Of a stretch of 64,000 bases of DNA, positions 21,219-31,834 are shown piece by piece. The notes under the pieces were generated by a model. The model was given only the letters and a program-made list of their open reading frames with translations. It searched no databases and was not told where the DNA came from. The stretch is from positions 124,001 to 188,000 of IMG/VR virus record IMGVR_UViG_3300032268_000832, one strand, 5' to 3'. The stretch's first letter is position 1. The number at the start of each line of letters is the position of its first letter. A program made the translations under genes and the position numbers.

Positions 21219-21605
21219 ATGGCCAACGGAGTATACATAAACATTAATTACCCCTTCAAAGATAGTCCTAAAGGGTTTTTCTTAGACTTAACGGAAACTG
21301 ATAACAAAGCGGTTAAAGCTGATTTGTTACACTTACTATTAACTAGAAAAGGACAAAGACTCTATAACCCAGAATTTGGGACTAGTTTATTAGAATACAT
21401 ATACGAACCCTATGACGGTTTAACATTTAATGATGTTAAAAACGAAATAGAAACATCGGTTAAAAAATACTTACCACAAGTTAGGTTAAATGATTTGACA
21501 GTAGAACCATCACCTTTGAATGAATATGCTGTTTTAGTTACAATAGATTACACAATAACAGATGATATATTTGAATCATCTGACTTAATACAAATAAATT
21601 TATAA
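21219..21605 (+). CDS. Baseplate wedge protein gp25-like
   Basis: LLHLLLTRKGQRLYNPEFGTSLLEYIYEP..IETSVKKYLPQVRL. Confidence 0.9.
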   Translation: MANGVYININYPFKDSPKGFFLDLTETDNKAVKADLLHLLLTRKGQRLYNPEFGTSLLEYIYEPYDGLTFNDVKNEIETSVKKYLPQVRLNDLTVEPSPLNEYAVLVTIDYTITDDIFESSDLIQINL

Positions 21606-21606
21606 A

Positions 21607-23427
21607 ATGGCAAACCAAGGAATAAATTACGGTTACAGAAACTTTGCAGACATAAGAAGCGGTTTAGTCGATATGGCTAGACAATATTACCCAGATATTT
21701 TTAATGATTTTAATGATGCGTCTGTAGGTATGATGTTATTAGAATTAAATGCAGCTGTTGGTGATATGCTTTCTTTTAACACTGATAGAATGTTTCAAGA
21801 AACTCAAATAGATTATGCACAGCAAACTAAATCCGTTTTATCTATGGCTAGAACGTTTGGTTTAAAAATTCCTGGTAAAAGACCATCTGTAACAATAGTC
21901 GATTTTAGTGTTACAGTTCCAGTTCTAGGTGATTCATTTGACATTTCATACGCACCAATCATTAACGCTGGTTCTCAAGTTACAGGTGCTGGTAAAATAT
22001 TTGAAAATTTATACGATATAGATTTTTCAAATCCATTCAACACCAATGGTATACCTAACAGATTAATTATACCAAACTTTAATTCAAATGGAACTCTTAT
22101 AAATTATACTCTAACTAAAAGAGAAATAGTTACAAATGGTTTTACTAGAATCTTTAAAAAAGTAATCAATATTTCAGATGTAAGACCATTTTTAGAAGTA
22201 ATTTTACCAGAAGATAATGTTTTATCAATAGATTCAATTATTACCTTAGATGGTACTAATATAAACACAATACCATCATTAAGTCAGTTTTCAAACCAAA
22301 GTCTTAGATGGTATGAAGTTGATGCGTTAGCTGAAAATAAAGTTTTTGTTGAGGATTATAATAAAATAACTGATAATTCAGGTGTAAAACCAGGTAAATG
22401 GATTACAGTTGATAAAAAATTTATTACTGAATATACCGATTTAGGTTTTACAAAAATAATATTTGGTTCTGGTACTAAAGACACTAGTAGTTTATGTGAT
22501 TTTGATTCAAACATTCCTTTAGTTAATCAAATAGGTGATTTTATAAATAATTTCTCTTTAGGTCAAACACCAACAGCAAACACAACGATGTTTATTAAAT
22601 ATAGAGTTGGTGGTGGTTCAGATACAAATGTTGGACCTAATGTTTTAAAGAGTGTTGGTTTATTAAACTTTACAATAAATGGTGCTAATAAAAATACAAA
22701 TTTAGCTGTTAAAAACTCTTTAACTGTAAATAATTCATTCCCAGCACTTGGTGGTAGAAATGCACCTAGCGTTGATGAAATTAGATACATGACAAAATAT
22801 AACTTTGCATCACAGAATAGAGCGGTTACCATTAAGGATTACCAAGCTATTATTTCTAAAATGCCGAGTCAATTCGGGGTACCATTCAGAATGGGTGTAA
22901 TGGAAGAACAAAACAAAATTAAAATTTACACAATAGGTTTAGACCAGTTTAATAAATTGAATAACAATTCAACTAGCGCGCTAAGAGATAATATGGCAAC
23001 ATATTTATCAGATTTTAGAATGATGAATGATTACGTTCAAATAACTGATGGTAAAATCATAAACTTAAGTTTTGAAATAGATTTATATATCGATAAAAAA
23101 CAACCTCAAGCACAGATTATTTCTGAAGTTATTAACAATGTTACTACTTATTTAGATGTCAATAAATATGATATGGGTGATAATGTTTATTTATCTCCTA
23201 TGATTGAAACAATTAATAATGTTGGTGGTGTTTTAAACGTAATTGACGTAAGGGTTTATAACAAAGTAGGTGAGGGTAAATATAGTTTAAATGAAATTTC
23301 ACAACCATATTTAGACACTGAAACTAGACAAATAGATATCAGTGGTAAATATACATTATTCGGAGAACCGACTTCAATGTTTGAAATAAAATATCCAACA
23401 ACAGATATTATGGTTAGGGTTAAATAA
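21607..23427 (+). CDS. Baseplate wedge protein gp6 / baseplate J-like
   Basis: DFNDASVGMMLLELNAAVGDMLSF..SVLSMARTFG, IIFGSG, YRVGGG..NVG, QNRAVTIKDY. Confidence 0.9.
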   Translation: MANQGINYGYRNFADIRSGLVDMARQYYPDIFNDFNDASVGMMLLELNAAVGDMLSFNTDRMFQETQIDYAQQTKSVLSMARTFGLKIPGKRPSVTIVDFSVTVPVLGDSFDISYAPIINAGSQVTGAGKIFENLYDIDFSNPFNTNGIPNRLIIPNFNSNGTLINYTLTKREIVTNGFTRIFKKVINISDVRPFLEVILPEDNVLSIDSIITLDGTNINTIPSLSQFSNQSLRWYEVDALAENKVFVEDYNKITDNSGVKPGKWITVDKKFITEYTDLGFTKIIFGSGTKDTSSLCDFDSNIPLVNQIGDFINNFSLGQTPTANTTMFIKYRVGGGSDTNVGPNVLKSVGLLNFTINGANKNTNLAVKNSLTVNNSFPALGGRNAPSVDEIRYMTKYNFASQNRAVTIKDYQAIISKMPSQFGVPFRMGVMEEQNKIKIYTIGLDQFNKLNNNSTSALRDNMATYLSDFRMMNDYVQITDGKIINLSFEIDLYIDKKQPQAQIISEVINNVTTYLDVNKYDMGDNVYLSPMIETINNVGGVLNVIDVRVYNKVGEGKYSLNEISQPYLDTETRQIDISGKYTLFGEPTSMFEIKYPTTDIMVRVK

Positions 23428-23490
23428 GTATTTCCTTATATTAAAAAAATCAATATATTTAACCATAATATTAAATAAAATAAATGAAAA

Positions 23491-23838
23491 ATGAGTTGTA
23501 ATTGTAAAACAAAAAATTATCCAACAAATCAAAAATCTTTAAATAAAACATTAACTAAAAATAATACAAATATTGTTCTTAGAATATTTGCCTTCAGTTT
23601 AGGATTATTGTTATTACCAATAATAATGATGGCTGTAATATGGTTTATGTTTGAATTATTAATGTTGAACAAAGAAATTGATATGAAAAAAATAGCCAAT
23701 ATGATGACTTCAAAAATAAAACCATTTAACGAAGATTATGAAGACGATTATGATGAAGAAGATGATGATGATGAATTTACAGAAGAAAACTATGAGATGT
23801 TAGACGTAGAAGAAATAACACCAATAACAAGCAAATAA
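23491..23838 (+). CDS. Small membrane protein with acidic C-terminus
   Basis: MSCNCK start, hydrophobic IFAFSLGLLLLPIIMMAVIWFMFELLML, D/E-rich tail. Confidence 0.6.
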   Translation: MSCNCKTKNYPTNQKSLNKTLTKNNTNIVLRIFAFSLGLLLLPIIMMAVIWFMFELLMLNKEIDMKKIANMMTSKIKPFNEDYEDDYDEEDDDDEFTEENYEMLDVEEITPITSK

Positions 23839-23839
23839 A

Positions 23840-26800
23840 ATGTCAAATAACAGTATAAGAATAAGAACAACAACAGACAATAAGGATAAATTTGTCAAAG
23901 TAAAATTAGACCAAGAATTTGATTTTATTGAAGTTTTATCACTTAAAATCACACAAGAAGAAGTTTATAGAAATTTTTGTGCTGATTATGGTGTTGTTGT
24001 TGGTAGAGTGTTTATAAATAATGGGTTTGGTATCCCTAATGCTAGGGTTAGTATTTTTATACCTATAGATGATATAGATAAAAATGACCCAATACTAAAA
24101 GGGTTGTATCCTTATGAGCTAGTTACCGATAAAGATATAGATGGTAAGAGATATAACCTTCTACCAAAAAATAGTGAAACTGACAATGATTGTTTCACAC
24201 CAGTTGGTACTTTTCCAAACAAAAGAGAAGTTTTAGACGACCCAGAAATGGGTCATGTTTATTGTAAATATTATAAATTTACCACATCGACAAACTATGC
24301 TGGTGATTATATGATATTTGGCGTACCAGTTGGTAATTATACTGTTCATGTTGACGCGGATATTTCTGATATAGGTATAGCCTCACAGAGACCTTACGAT
24401 AGCATTAGTCAAGGAGCACCTATCCAAATGTTTGATAGTCCAACAAAATTTAAAGGCGGTACTAATTTAGATAAACTAGTACAAGTAAAAACAGTAAATG
24501 CTGGTGTTAATGTTCAACCATTTTGGGGTTCTGTTGAAAATTGTGAAATCGGTATAAGTAGAATAGATTTAGACTTAAATTACACTATAACACCTTCAGC
24601 TATCTTTATGGGTGGTGCCTTTGGTGATAGCGATAAAAATAGTGTTAACAAAAATTGTAGACCTAGAAAAAGCATGGGTAAAATTTGTGAACAAAACACT
24701 AGTGAAGGAACTATTGAAATGATACGAAAAACCCTAGATGGTAAAATAGAAAAATTAGATATTGAGGGTGGTCGTTTAATGGATGAAAATGGTTCATGGG
24801 CCTATCAAGTACCTATGAACTTAGATTATTATTATACAAACGAATTTGGTGATTTAGTATTATCAGAAGACCCAAATAAAGGTATACCTACTAGAGCTAA
24901 TGTTAGGTTTAAAATTGCTATGGATGAAAGTGGTGGTTTAGGTAGACTTAGAACAAAAGCGAATTATCTAATCCCACACAACCCAACAGCTGGTAAACCA
25001 GATGAGATTGATTATGAATTTGGTGAATTAACCAAAGACAGTAGTTTTAGAGATTTATATTGGAATAAAATTTATTCAGTTTCTAACTTCATATCTAGAT
25101 ATCAAAAAAATAAAAGTTTTAGCGCAGTTAAAAATAGAAATTTTGTTGGGTTAAAAGATGTTGATGATTGTGTTGGAGATAAATTACCTGTACCTTTTAA
25201 TAGGGTTAATACAGTGTTTAACCCATTGTTTTTTATTATATGTTTAATTATGAAGATTATCGAGTTTATAATGTTTATTATAAATTCGACTATTATTGTT
25301 ATAGTAAATGCAATTGTAAGTGTAATTAGAAGTATTTTAGGTCTTTTATGTAGTGCGCATAGAAAATTAAAGAAAATTGGTATTAGATTTTTTAAAATTT
25401 TCTGTACTTTATATGATAGGGTTAACTATGTCCCATGTTTATACGCTAAATGTCCTTATGAGGAATCTTTTGTTTATTACTTTGCGCCAGGTTGTTCAGG
25501 AAAAGGTAAAGATAGAATAGATGACGATGGCGTACCAGTAAAAACAACTTTAGGGTTATTATCTAATTGTGTTGCTGCTTCTATGGCAGAAGCTCTTAAC
25601 TTATTTCAATTTGATTTTTATAATGATTGGTTAAATGGTTCGTTATATTATTATTTAATAAAATTTAAAAAAAGACGTAGACAAGAAAAATATTGTAATT
25701 ATGATTGTTCTGGTGGTGATTGTAAATCAAGTATGCTTATAGACACATGTTATACCGATGAAAATAGTTATAAGAGTACAAGTTTTAGAGAAGGTGTTGT
25801 TAAAAAATACAACAACGAATTATTCTACGCCCCATCTAACAAAACAGCAACAGTTAAATTATACGCAACTGAAATTATTAATCTAGGTTCTGTTTTTAAT
25901 TGTGATTGGCAAGGAGTACCTAAAATTCAAAATTATCTAGTACCAACAACATATATTATCCCACCAATAATCGATGAATATTCTGATGAAAACCCTAGTT
26001 GGACAGAAACTAGTGGACAAGTAGATATTGGGCGTGGTTTTGGTGGTGTATTTTTTGATATATCATGTGCTGGTTTATCTTCAGATAAACAACAATGCTT
26101 AAATATAAGGCATGCATGTGAATTTGGTGTTGACTTAGACGAAATAGATGAAACTGATAATGGAGTGGTTTTACAACCAAATCACATTATAGGTTCTGCT
26201 GAAATAAATTCAGAATATGGTAAATACGTTAGAGATGTTTTCTTTTTATTAAATAATGTGACAAATAATATAAACGTAAATTTAAACCCATCACCAACAA
26301 CTAATTTTAATACAAATAATGTGGGTGACTACAATTTCGCATTAATTGGCGACAATGGTAGTGATTATGTTAATTTTAGAGGTTATTTGGATAATAGTTC
26401 GTTTTCGCAACCTAAACATTCTTATTATTTCTATTTTGGGTCAACTCCAGGTTCAACTGGTTTAGACAAAATGAATAACAATTTTTTCACTAAATGTTTT
26501 CCAACATTAACCGTTGAATTTTTTATTCGTATTGATAATACTGATGCTATTAGTGCTAACAATGTTAATGATGGTAGTGCTACTTTTACAATAGTATCTG
26601 GCGTTGGTCCGTTTACTTATATTGTAAGTGGTCCTAATGGGTATAATTCTAGTGGAATATTAACAGAACCAAATCTAACACAATCGTTAAATGGTTTAGC
26701 ACAAGGTTCTTATATCATTAACGTTACAGACTCTTCTGGCGTTTCTATTTCACAATCATTTGAAATTTCAGGACCAACACCTTTATATGCATCGGCAATT

Positions 26801-28306
26801 GTTAGTGAAAATAACACAGCAATTTCATCACCGTATAATGGGCAAATAACAATAACATCTGTTGGTGGTGGTAATGGTACTTATACTGCATGGTTATACA
26901 ATTCTAGTAATTCATTAGTATCGATAGGAACGTGTCAAGCAAACGGTGCTTCATCAAATCCAACTTCAGTTACCCAAACACCTATAAGTTTTTGTGGCTT
27001 ACCTTCGGATATATTAACAAATACTAGTTCAACACATAGTGGACATACTGGTTACTATATTATTGTGAAAGATACAAGTTCACCACAACAACAATATATT
27101 ATATACGATTTAAATGTTGGTGGTGTTACTGGATTAAATATTGTAATAACTTCTGTAAACCCAACTTGTTTTGACTCAAGTAATGGTAAAATAACCATGG
27201 CAATTACAGGTGGTATTGAACCATATTTAATTGAAACAACATTAAATAACGAACCATTGTTCAATGGTTTAACTTCTAATATTTTAAGTCAAGGTATTTA
27301 CACAACAACTGTTACTGATAGTTCATCACCTGCTCAAATAGTGACAAGAACCACAACTCTTTTACCTACTGAACCAGAAATGAAACTTGAACCAGACTTA
27401 GTTTTATTACCACAACAGTGTGACCCTAATAATTACACAATCTATTTAGATGTAATTAACGGTGGTCAAAATAATCTAAATCAAAATTACACACAAGTAA
27501 ATGGTGTTACTCGTTGTTATTTACAATTTAATTATGATGGTAATGAAAATAGTGAGGGTAACCCAATTTGGACTTCACCACTACCGTTTACATATTTAAA
27601 TAACCCTACAGCTTCTGGACCTTTTAGAGTTAAAGTGACAATACCTAGAAATAGTATAACAGCAGGTGTTGCTATTAGGTTATCTAACTCACAAGGTACA
27701 TGTGGTAGTAATTATAGTGAAGATGGGACAGATTTTGATGTTTCACAAATGAAATTACCACCAAACGTATTATCTGTTGATGTTAATAATGTGGATAATA
27801 CTAGACAATGTGAGATTAATTTTGTTACATTCAAATTTAATATAAGTCATTTAAATGTGTTTGCAACATATAGAGCACCATATATTTTGGAATATCAAAT
27901 AGCTGGACAAACTGGTGTGTTCGGAACACCGACAATATATCAAACATCTATAACACAAAACCAACAACCTATTAGAATTTCGGTACCAAGTAATACATCA
28001 AATTTACCAAGTAATAAATGTAGTATTAAATTTAGAGTAACAGATAATGTAAATTGTCAATCAACATGGTTAACGATAAGTAATATAACTCTACCAACAA
28101 ATTCAATAACACCAAACTGGTCTCAAAGTACTGTAAGTGGTCAATGTATTAGAAGATATAGTTTATCTGGAGGTATCGCACCATATACGGTAACTAATGG
28201 TTTCTTACCAAACACACCATACGTAGTGTCATGTCAACCAAACGCTACTAGTGTTAGTGGATTAGATAATGTTGGTTGTCCATTTAATTTTACATATACA
28301 CAATAA
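23840..28306 (+). CDS. Large Cys-rich putative virion protein with internal hydrophobic segment and SprB-like repeats
   Basis: N-terminal prealbumin/carboxypeptidase-regulatory-like motif (VVGRV..GIPNARVSIF..TNYAGDYMIFGVPVGNYTVHV), hydrophobic stretch ~25215-25350, SprB-like repeats ~26550-27350; located in the baseplate operon. Confidence 0.55.
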   Translation: MSNNSIRIRTTTDNKDKFVKVKLDQEFDFIEVLSLKITQEEVYRNFCADYGVVVGRVFINNGFGIPNARVSIFIPIDDIDKNDPILKGLYPYELVTDKDIDGKRYNLLPKNSETDNDCFTPVGTFPNKREVLDDPEMGHVYCKYYKFTTSTNYAGDYMIFGVPVGNYTVHVDADISDIGIASQRPYDSISQGAPIQMFDSPTKFKGGTNLDKLVQVKTVNAGVNVQPFWGSVENCEIGISRIDLDLNYTITPSAIFMGGAFGDSDKNSVNKNCRPRKSMGKICEQNTSEGTIEMIRKTLDGKIEKLDIEGGRLMDENGSWAYQVPMNLDYYYTNEFGDLVLSEDPNKGIPTRANVRFKIAMDESGGLGRLRTKANYLIPHNPTAGKPDEIDYEFGELTKDSSFRDLYWNKIYSVSNFISRYQKNKSFSAVKNRNFVGLKDVDDCVGDKLPVPFNRVNTVFNPLFFIICLIMKIIEFIMFIINSTIIVIVNAIVSVIRSILGLLCSAHRKLKKIGIRFFKIFCTLYDRVNYVPCLYAKCPYEESFVYYFAPGCSGKGKDRIDDDGVPVKTTLGLLSNCVAASMAEALNLFQFDFYNDWLNGSLYYYLIKFKKRRRQEKYCNYDCSGGDCKSSMLIDTCYTDENSYKSTSFREGVVKKYNNELFYAPSNKTATVKLYATEIINLGSVFNCDWQGVPKIQNYLVPTTYIIPPIIDEYSDENPSWTETSGQVDIGRGFGGVFFDISCAGLSSDKQQCLNIRHACEFGVDLDEIDETDNGVVLQPNHIIGSAEINSEYGKYVRDVFFLLNNVTNNINVNLNPSPTTNFNTNNVGDYNFALIGDNGSDYVNFRGYLDNSSFSQPKHSYYFYFGSTPGSTGLDKMNNNFFTKCFPTLTVEFFIRIDNTDAISANNVNDGSATFTIVSGVGPFTYIVSGPNGYNSSGILTEPNLTQSLNGLAQGSYIINVTDSSGVSISQSFEISGPTPLYASAIVSENNTAISSPYNGQITITSVGGGNGTYTAWLYNSSNSLVSIGTCQANGASSNPTSVTQTPISFCGLPSDILTNTSSTHSGHTGYYIIVKDTSSPQQQYIIYDLNVGGVTGLNIVITSVNPTCFDSSNGKITMAITGGIEPYLIETTLNNEPLFNGLTSNILSQGIYTTTVTDSSSPAQIVTRTTTLLPTEPEMKLEPDLVLLPQQCDPNNYTIYLDVINGGQNNLNQNYTQVNGVTRCYLQFNYDGNENSEGNPIWTSPLPFTYLNNPTASGPFRVKVTIPRNSITAGVAIRLSNSQGTCGSNYSEDGTDFDVSQMKLPPNVLSVDVNNVDNTRQCEINFVTFKFNISHLNVFATYRAPYILEYQIAGQTGVFGTPTIYQTSITQNQQPIRISVPSNTSNLPSNKCSIKFRVTDNVNCQSTWLTISNITLPTNSITPNWSQSTVSGQCIRRYSLSGGIAPYTVTNGFLPNTPYVVSCQPNATSVSGLDNVGCPFNFTYTQ

Positions 28307-28312
28307 TATAAC

Positions 28313-30100
28313 ATGAGTACAGAAAGAACAAAACAAAGATTAGGTAATCAAACATCAAAACAATCGGTAAATACCGATACATACCTCAATATAAACATTG
28401 AAGGTAAAGAAAGGTTATTACCAACGAATCAAATAAACCATATTTTAAATGTTGCTGAACAATTTAATAAAGAAAGACAATCTTGTAGTTTTTATAAGGT
28501 TTTAGGTACCATTAACTCTACGGTTAGTAATTGTTTGTTTAATCTAACTGACACTAGTATAAACAATTCATTTACATATGCTGCGTTTAACACATTACCA
28601 TTTTTAAGTAGGTCATATCCTCAAGATTTAGATTTAAACGATGAGGAAGACTTAACTTATTCTAAATCTATTGATTATTACTTAAAAGAAAGAGATGGTT
28701 GGTTTGGTTATTATGACCCAGATGTTTCTAAAAAATCATTGTGTAGTTTTTTTGATATGGAACCAAAAAGAGAAAGGTTTTCATTTTTATTAGATTATAA
28801 CCCATATAAGAGTACAAATAGCTCAGATAGTGTTAAGAACTGGGAGTTAACAATAACATACCCATCTTCATCAGACACAGGACATACCATGGTAAGAAAT
28901 GGTTTATTGGTTGTTGATTCTAAACCAATAATACTTTCTGAAAGACAAATGGTTTGTTTTGCAGTTACATGTAAACACAATTTATCTTCTGGTGATGTAG
29001 TTGAAATTACCAACACTAATGGATATAATGGTGAACATGTTGTTTATAGTGTAGGTTTAGAAAATGGTGATTTAAAAGATTATTATTTTGTAATAGACTT
29101 ACCAGCAAACGGCACCATCAGTAACAACACTAGAATAAATAAAATAGTTGATAATGTTAAGGTTAATTATTATTTTAGAAAATTTTCTAAAATAAAAACT
29201 AGAAATTCAAATATAATAGAAACGGATGATTATGAGACTTACCAAGCTGGTTTTAGTGAGAATTTTTATAATGACCCTATTATCCAATTTGTTTTTAATG
29301 AAGAAATAGATGTTTCTGGGTTAAAAGATAATTTAGGGAGACCATTATCTGAATTTTTTCTAACGATTTTTAAAACAAATAGTAATAATTTATTTACTAG
29401 TGTTAAATCTGGTATAGAAGCACCTTTCATTTCTAATTTGAATAATAGTGATGTTTTAACATATTTGAGAGATATTCCAGTAATACAAAAAATACATAAT
29501 GGTGGTAATTTACCTTATATTTCACATAACCCATTAGAAACATTAAATGGGTTACCAGATAGTTTTTATGGTGATATTGTTGAATATAACAACACAACAT
29601 TATTAGAAACTGTTTTAGCTGACGTACAACATAGGTTTAATACTATCAATAGAGAACAAACTAATAATATTCAAGAATATTTTTCAACAACAACTAGTTC
29701 AACTCAATTAGCTCAAACTAGGTCTTTAAATTTAGGGCCTAGACAAGAAGGGTATTTTTATAAACCTCACCATTCTATTAAAATAAGAAATTTTTCTAAT
29801 TACATAGAAGAAGCCGATAGTTTAGTAGACGGTATTCCAACGTATGCAACACTTAGAAATGATGGTAAATACGTTTGGAGAGATTTACTTTCAATAGGTT
29901 TTAATGATGGTGATGATAATAGTTTAGATTACCCATTCTTAAATGGTTCGCATTATAGATATCAAAATTATTGTTTTAATTTAAAAAGACAAGACCCTTA
30001 CGCGCAATGGGGTTTATTATATACAAAATTCCCTTCAGACGCGACAGGTGATAGAATAACAGATAGATTCACAGTAAAAAGTTCAGACGATGTTTGCTAA
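28313..30100 (+). CDS. Putative virion structural protein
   Basis: 595 aa within the baseplate/tail block; HNLSSGDVVEI beta-barrel-like motif. Confidence 0.5.
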   Translation: MSTERTKQRLGNQTSKQSVNTDTYLNINIEGKERLLPTNQINHILNVAEQFNKERQSCSFYKVLGTINSTVSNCLFNLTDTSINNSFTYAAFNTLPFLSRSYPQDLDLNDEEDLTYSKSIDYYLKERDGWFGYYDPDVSKKSLCSFFDMEPKRERFSFLLDYNPYKSTNSSDSVKNWELTITYPSSSDTGHTMVRNGLLVVDSKPIILSERQMVCFAVTCKHNLSSGDVVEITNTNGYNGEHVVYSVGLENGDLKDYYFVIDLPANGTISNNTRINKIVDNVKVNYYFRKFSKIKTRNSNIIETDDYETYQAGFSENFYNDPIIQFVFNEEIDVSGLKDNLGRPLSEFFLTIFKTNSNNLFTSVKSGIEAPFISNLNNSDVLTYLRDIPVIQKIHNGGNLPYISHNPLETLNGLPDSFYGDIVEYNNTTLLETVLADVQHRFNTINREQTNNIQEYFSTTTSSTQLAQTRSLNLGPRQEGYFYKPHHSIKIRNFSNYIEEADSLVDGIPTYATLRNDGKYVWRDLLSIGFNDGDDNSLDYPFLNGSHYRYQNYCFNLKRQDPYAQWGLLYTKFPSDATGDRITDRFTVKSSDDVC

Positions 30101-30944
30101 TAAATACAAATTAAATATAAATAATTTCAATACGGGTAGTACTGAACAATACATAACAATCCCAATTGGGACTCAATTTCAAATTGTTGATAATTCAGAA
30201 TTGATTGACAGGGTGTTTGTTGCAACAGAAGTAGAAAATTCTATTAACAAAATATTGGATTATGATAGAGTTAGATACATGCCACTAACACAAAACGATG
30301 AATTAGTTTCAGAAATAACTTATGATTTAAGTTTATTAGATTCAAATAATATATACACTAGTTTTTATGGTGGTATTGGTTTTCAATATGATGATGTTAA
30401 ATTTAGAAAGAATGCTTTTAGCAACAGTTTTTTAAGGTTAGGTATTTATGATACTGATGACCCTATGACACAAAATTTAGTGGGTTATACTACATTGTAT
30501 AGTAGACTTAGAACGGTTGATTTGGAAAGTGGAACTACGACTACGATAGCTGGTTTACCTAAACCAATAAATCAAATACCGATTAATTTTACGGTTGAAA
30601 ACCCTATTATTAATAAAAGAGGTTTTTCAGAAGGTTTCCACATTTATTATTATAAAGATTCTTTAAATATTGGTGAAAGTAAATATTTATATATAAAAGC
30701 TAATTTTAATAATGCCAAGACAGGTAAGTCAGTTAATTTAATGGTTAAAAACGCGCCACAAACAGTTAGCAACTTAGTGCATGAATTATATACTAGAATA
30801 ATAATAACTAGAACAACAACTGGTTATTATTATAAATTTGATGAAACATATCAAGGTAATACGACAACACCAAACATAACAAACAATATAACAATAGACG
30901 GTAATAGTGTTACTGTTAAATTATACCAAGTAGCTGCATTGTAA
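30090..30944 (+). CDS. Putative virion structural protein
   Basis: 284 aa, overlapping or coupled with neighbours in the tail block. Confidence 0.5.
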   Translation: MFANKYKLNINNFNTGSTEQYITIPIGTQFQIVDNSELIDRVFVATEVENSINKILDYDRVRYMPLTQNDELVSEITYDLSLLDSNNIYTSFYGGIGFQYDDVKFRKNAFSNSFLRLGIYDTDDPMTQNLVGYTTLYSRLRTVDLESGTTTTIAGLPKPINQIPINFTVENPIINKRGFSEGFHIYYYKDSLNIGESKYLYIKANFNNAKTGKSVNLMVKNAPQTVSNLVHELYTRIIITRTTTGYYYKFDETYQGNTTTPNITNNITIDGNSVTVKLYQVAAL

Positions 30945-31813
30945 TGGAAGTAATAAAAAGAAAAATATTATTAGAAGAAGGGATTGATAGAAACTATGGT
31001 AGTAAAACATGGGGTACTGTCACAGCTACTACTTTTTATTTAAACATTCAACTAAATCAAACTATAGATGATATGGGAATGTTTACTGATTTACCTTTTA
31101 TATCTAAGGATGGTAGTTCTGTTAATTATGATTTGTTGGTTGATAAATTAAATGAAGAAGGTATATCGTTCCCGTTTATGAATGGTGTTATTCCAATAAA
31201 TTTTGATAGCTTATTATCACCAACCGATAAAGTTACATTAAAATTACCACAAAAAACATTACCACAATATTATTTATATGGTAACAACCCATTAACTGGT
31301 TCTACAGATTCAAAAATAGATGATGTTCGTTCCTATAAACAAAATCAACCATACATAGTTGGTTTTGATATCAAAAAAGAAACATATTCTAATTACTTAG
31401 GTAATTCAATAAATGGTGTTAATAGAGTCACTAGCGTTGGTGAACCTAAAATATATGTCTTTGACGCAGTTAATGATTTAAACATAGGTACGGACAATCA
31501 AATTTATGGTATTCAATATAAAGATTTTTCTGCGGCAACAACAACAATATTAAACAGTGAGGGTATTGACTTTCCAACATCATCTTTTAGATTTATAACA
31601 CAAGGTTGGAACCAAACAAATACATCATTAGCAGCGTTAACTAAAGAAGAGTTTTTATTAGGAATAATTTCTCGTCCAGAAGTTGAAAACGATGTATTTA
31701 TTGATAGAGGTGTCACACCAGTATTAGATTATCATTTGAGGTTATCTGAAATAAAGAATTTAGGTCAATTACAACAATACGGAAACGGTTATTATAGAAT
31801 TGATACGATATAA
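30944..31813 (+). CDS. Putative virion structural protein
   Basis: 289 aa, TAATG coupling; C-terminal PEVENDVFIDRG..LSEIKNLGQLQQYGNGYY. Confidence 0.5.
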   Translation: MEVIKRKILLEEGIDRNYGSKTWGTVTATTFYLNIQLNQTIDDMGMFTDLPFISKDGSSVNYDLLVDKLNEEGISFPFMNGVIPINFDSLLSPTDKVTLKLPQKTLPQYYLYGNNPLTGSTDSKIDDVRSYKQNQPYIVGFDIKKETYSNYLGNSINGVNRVTSVGEPKIYVFDAVNDLNIGTDNQIYGIQYKDFSAATTTILNSEGIDFPTSSFRFITQGWNQTNTSLAALTKEEFLLGIISRPEVENDVFIDRGVTPVLDYHLRLSEIKNLGQLQQYGNGYYRIDTI

Positions 31814-31834
31814 AATAAAAATAAAAACAAAAAA

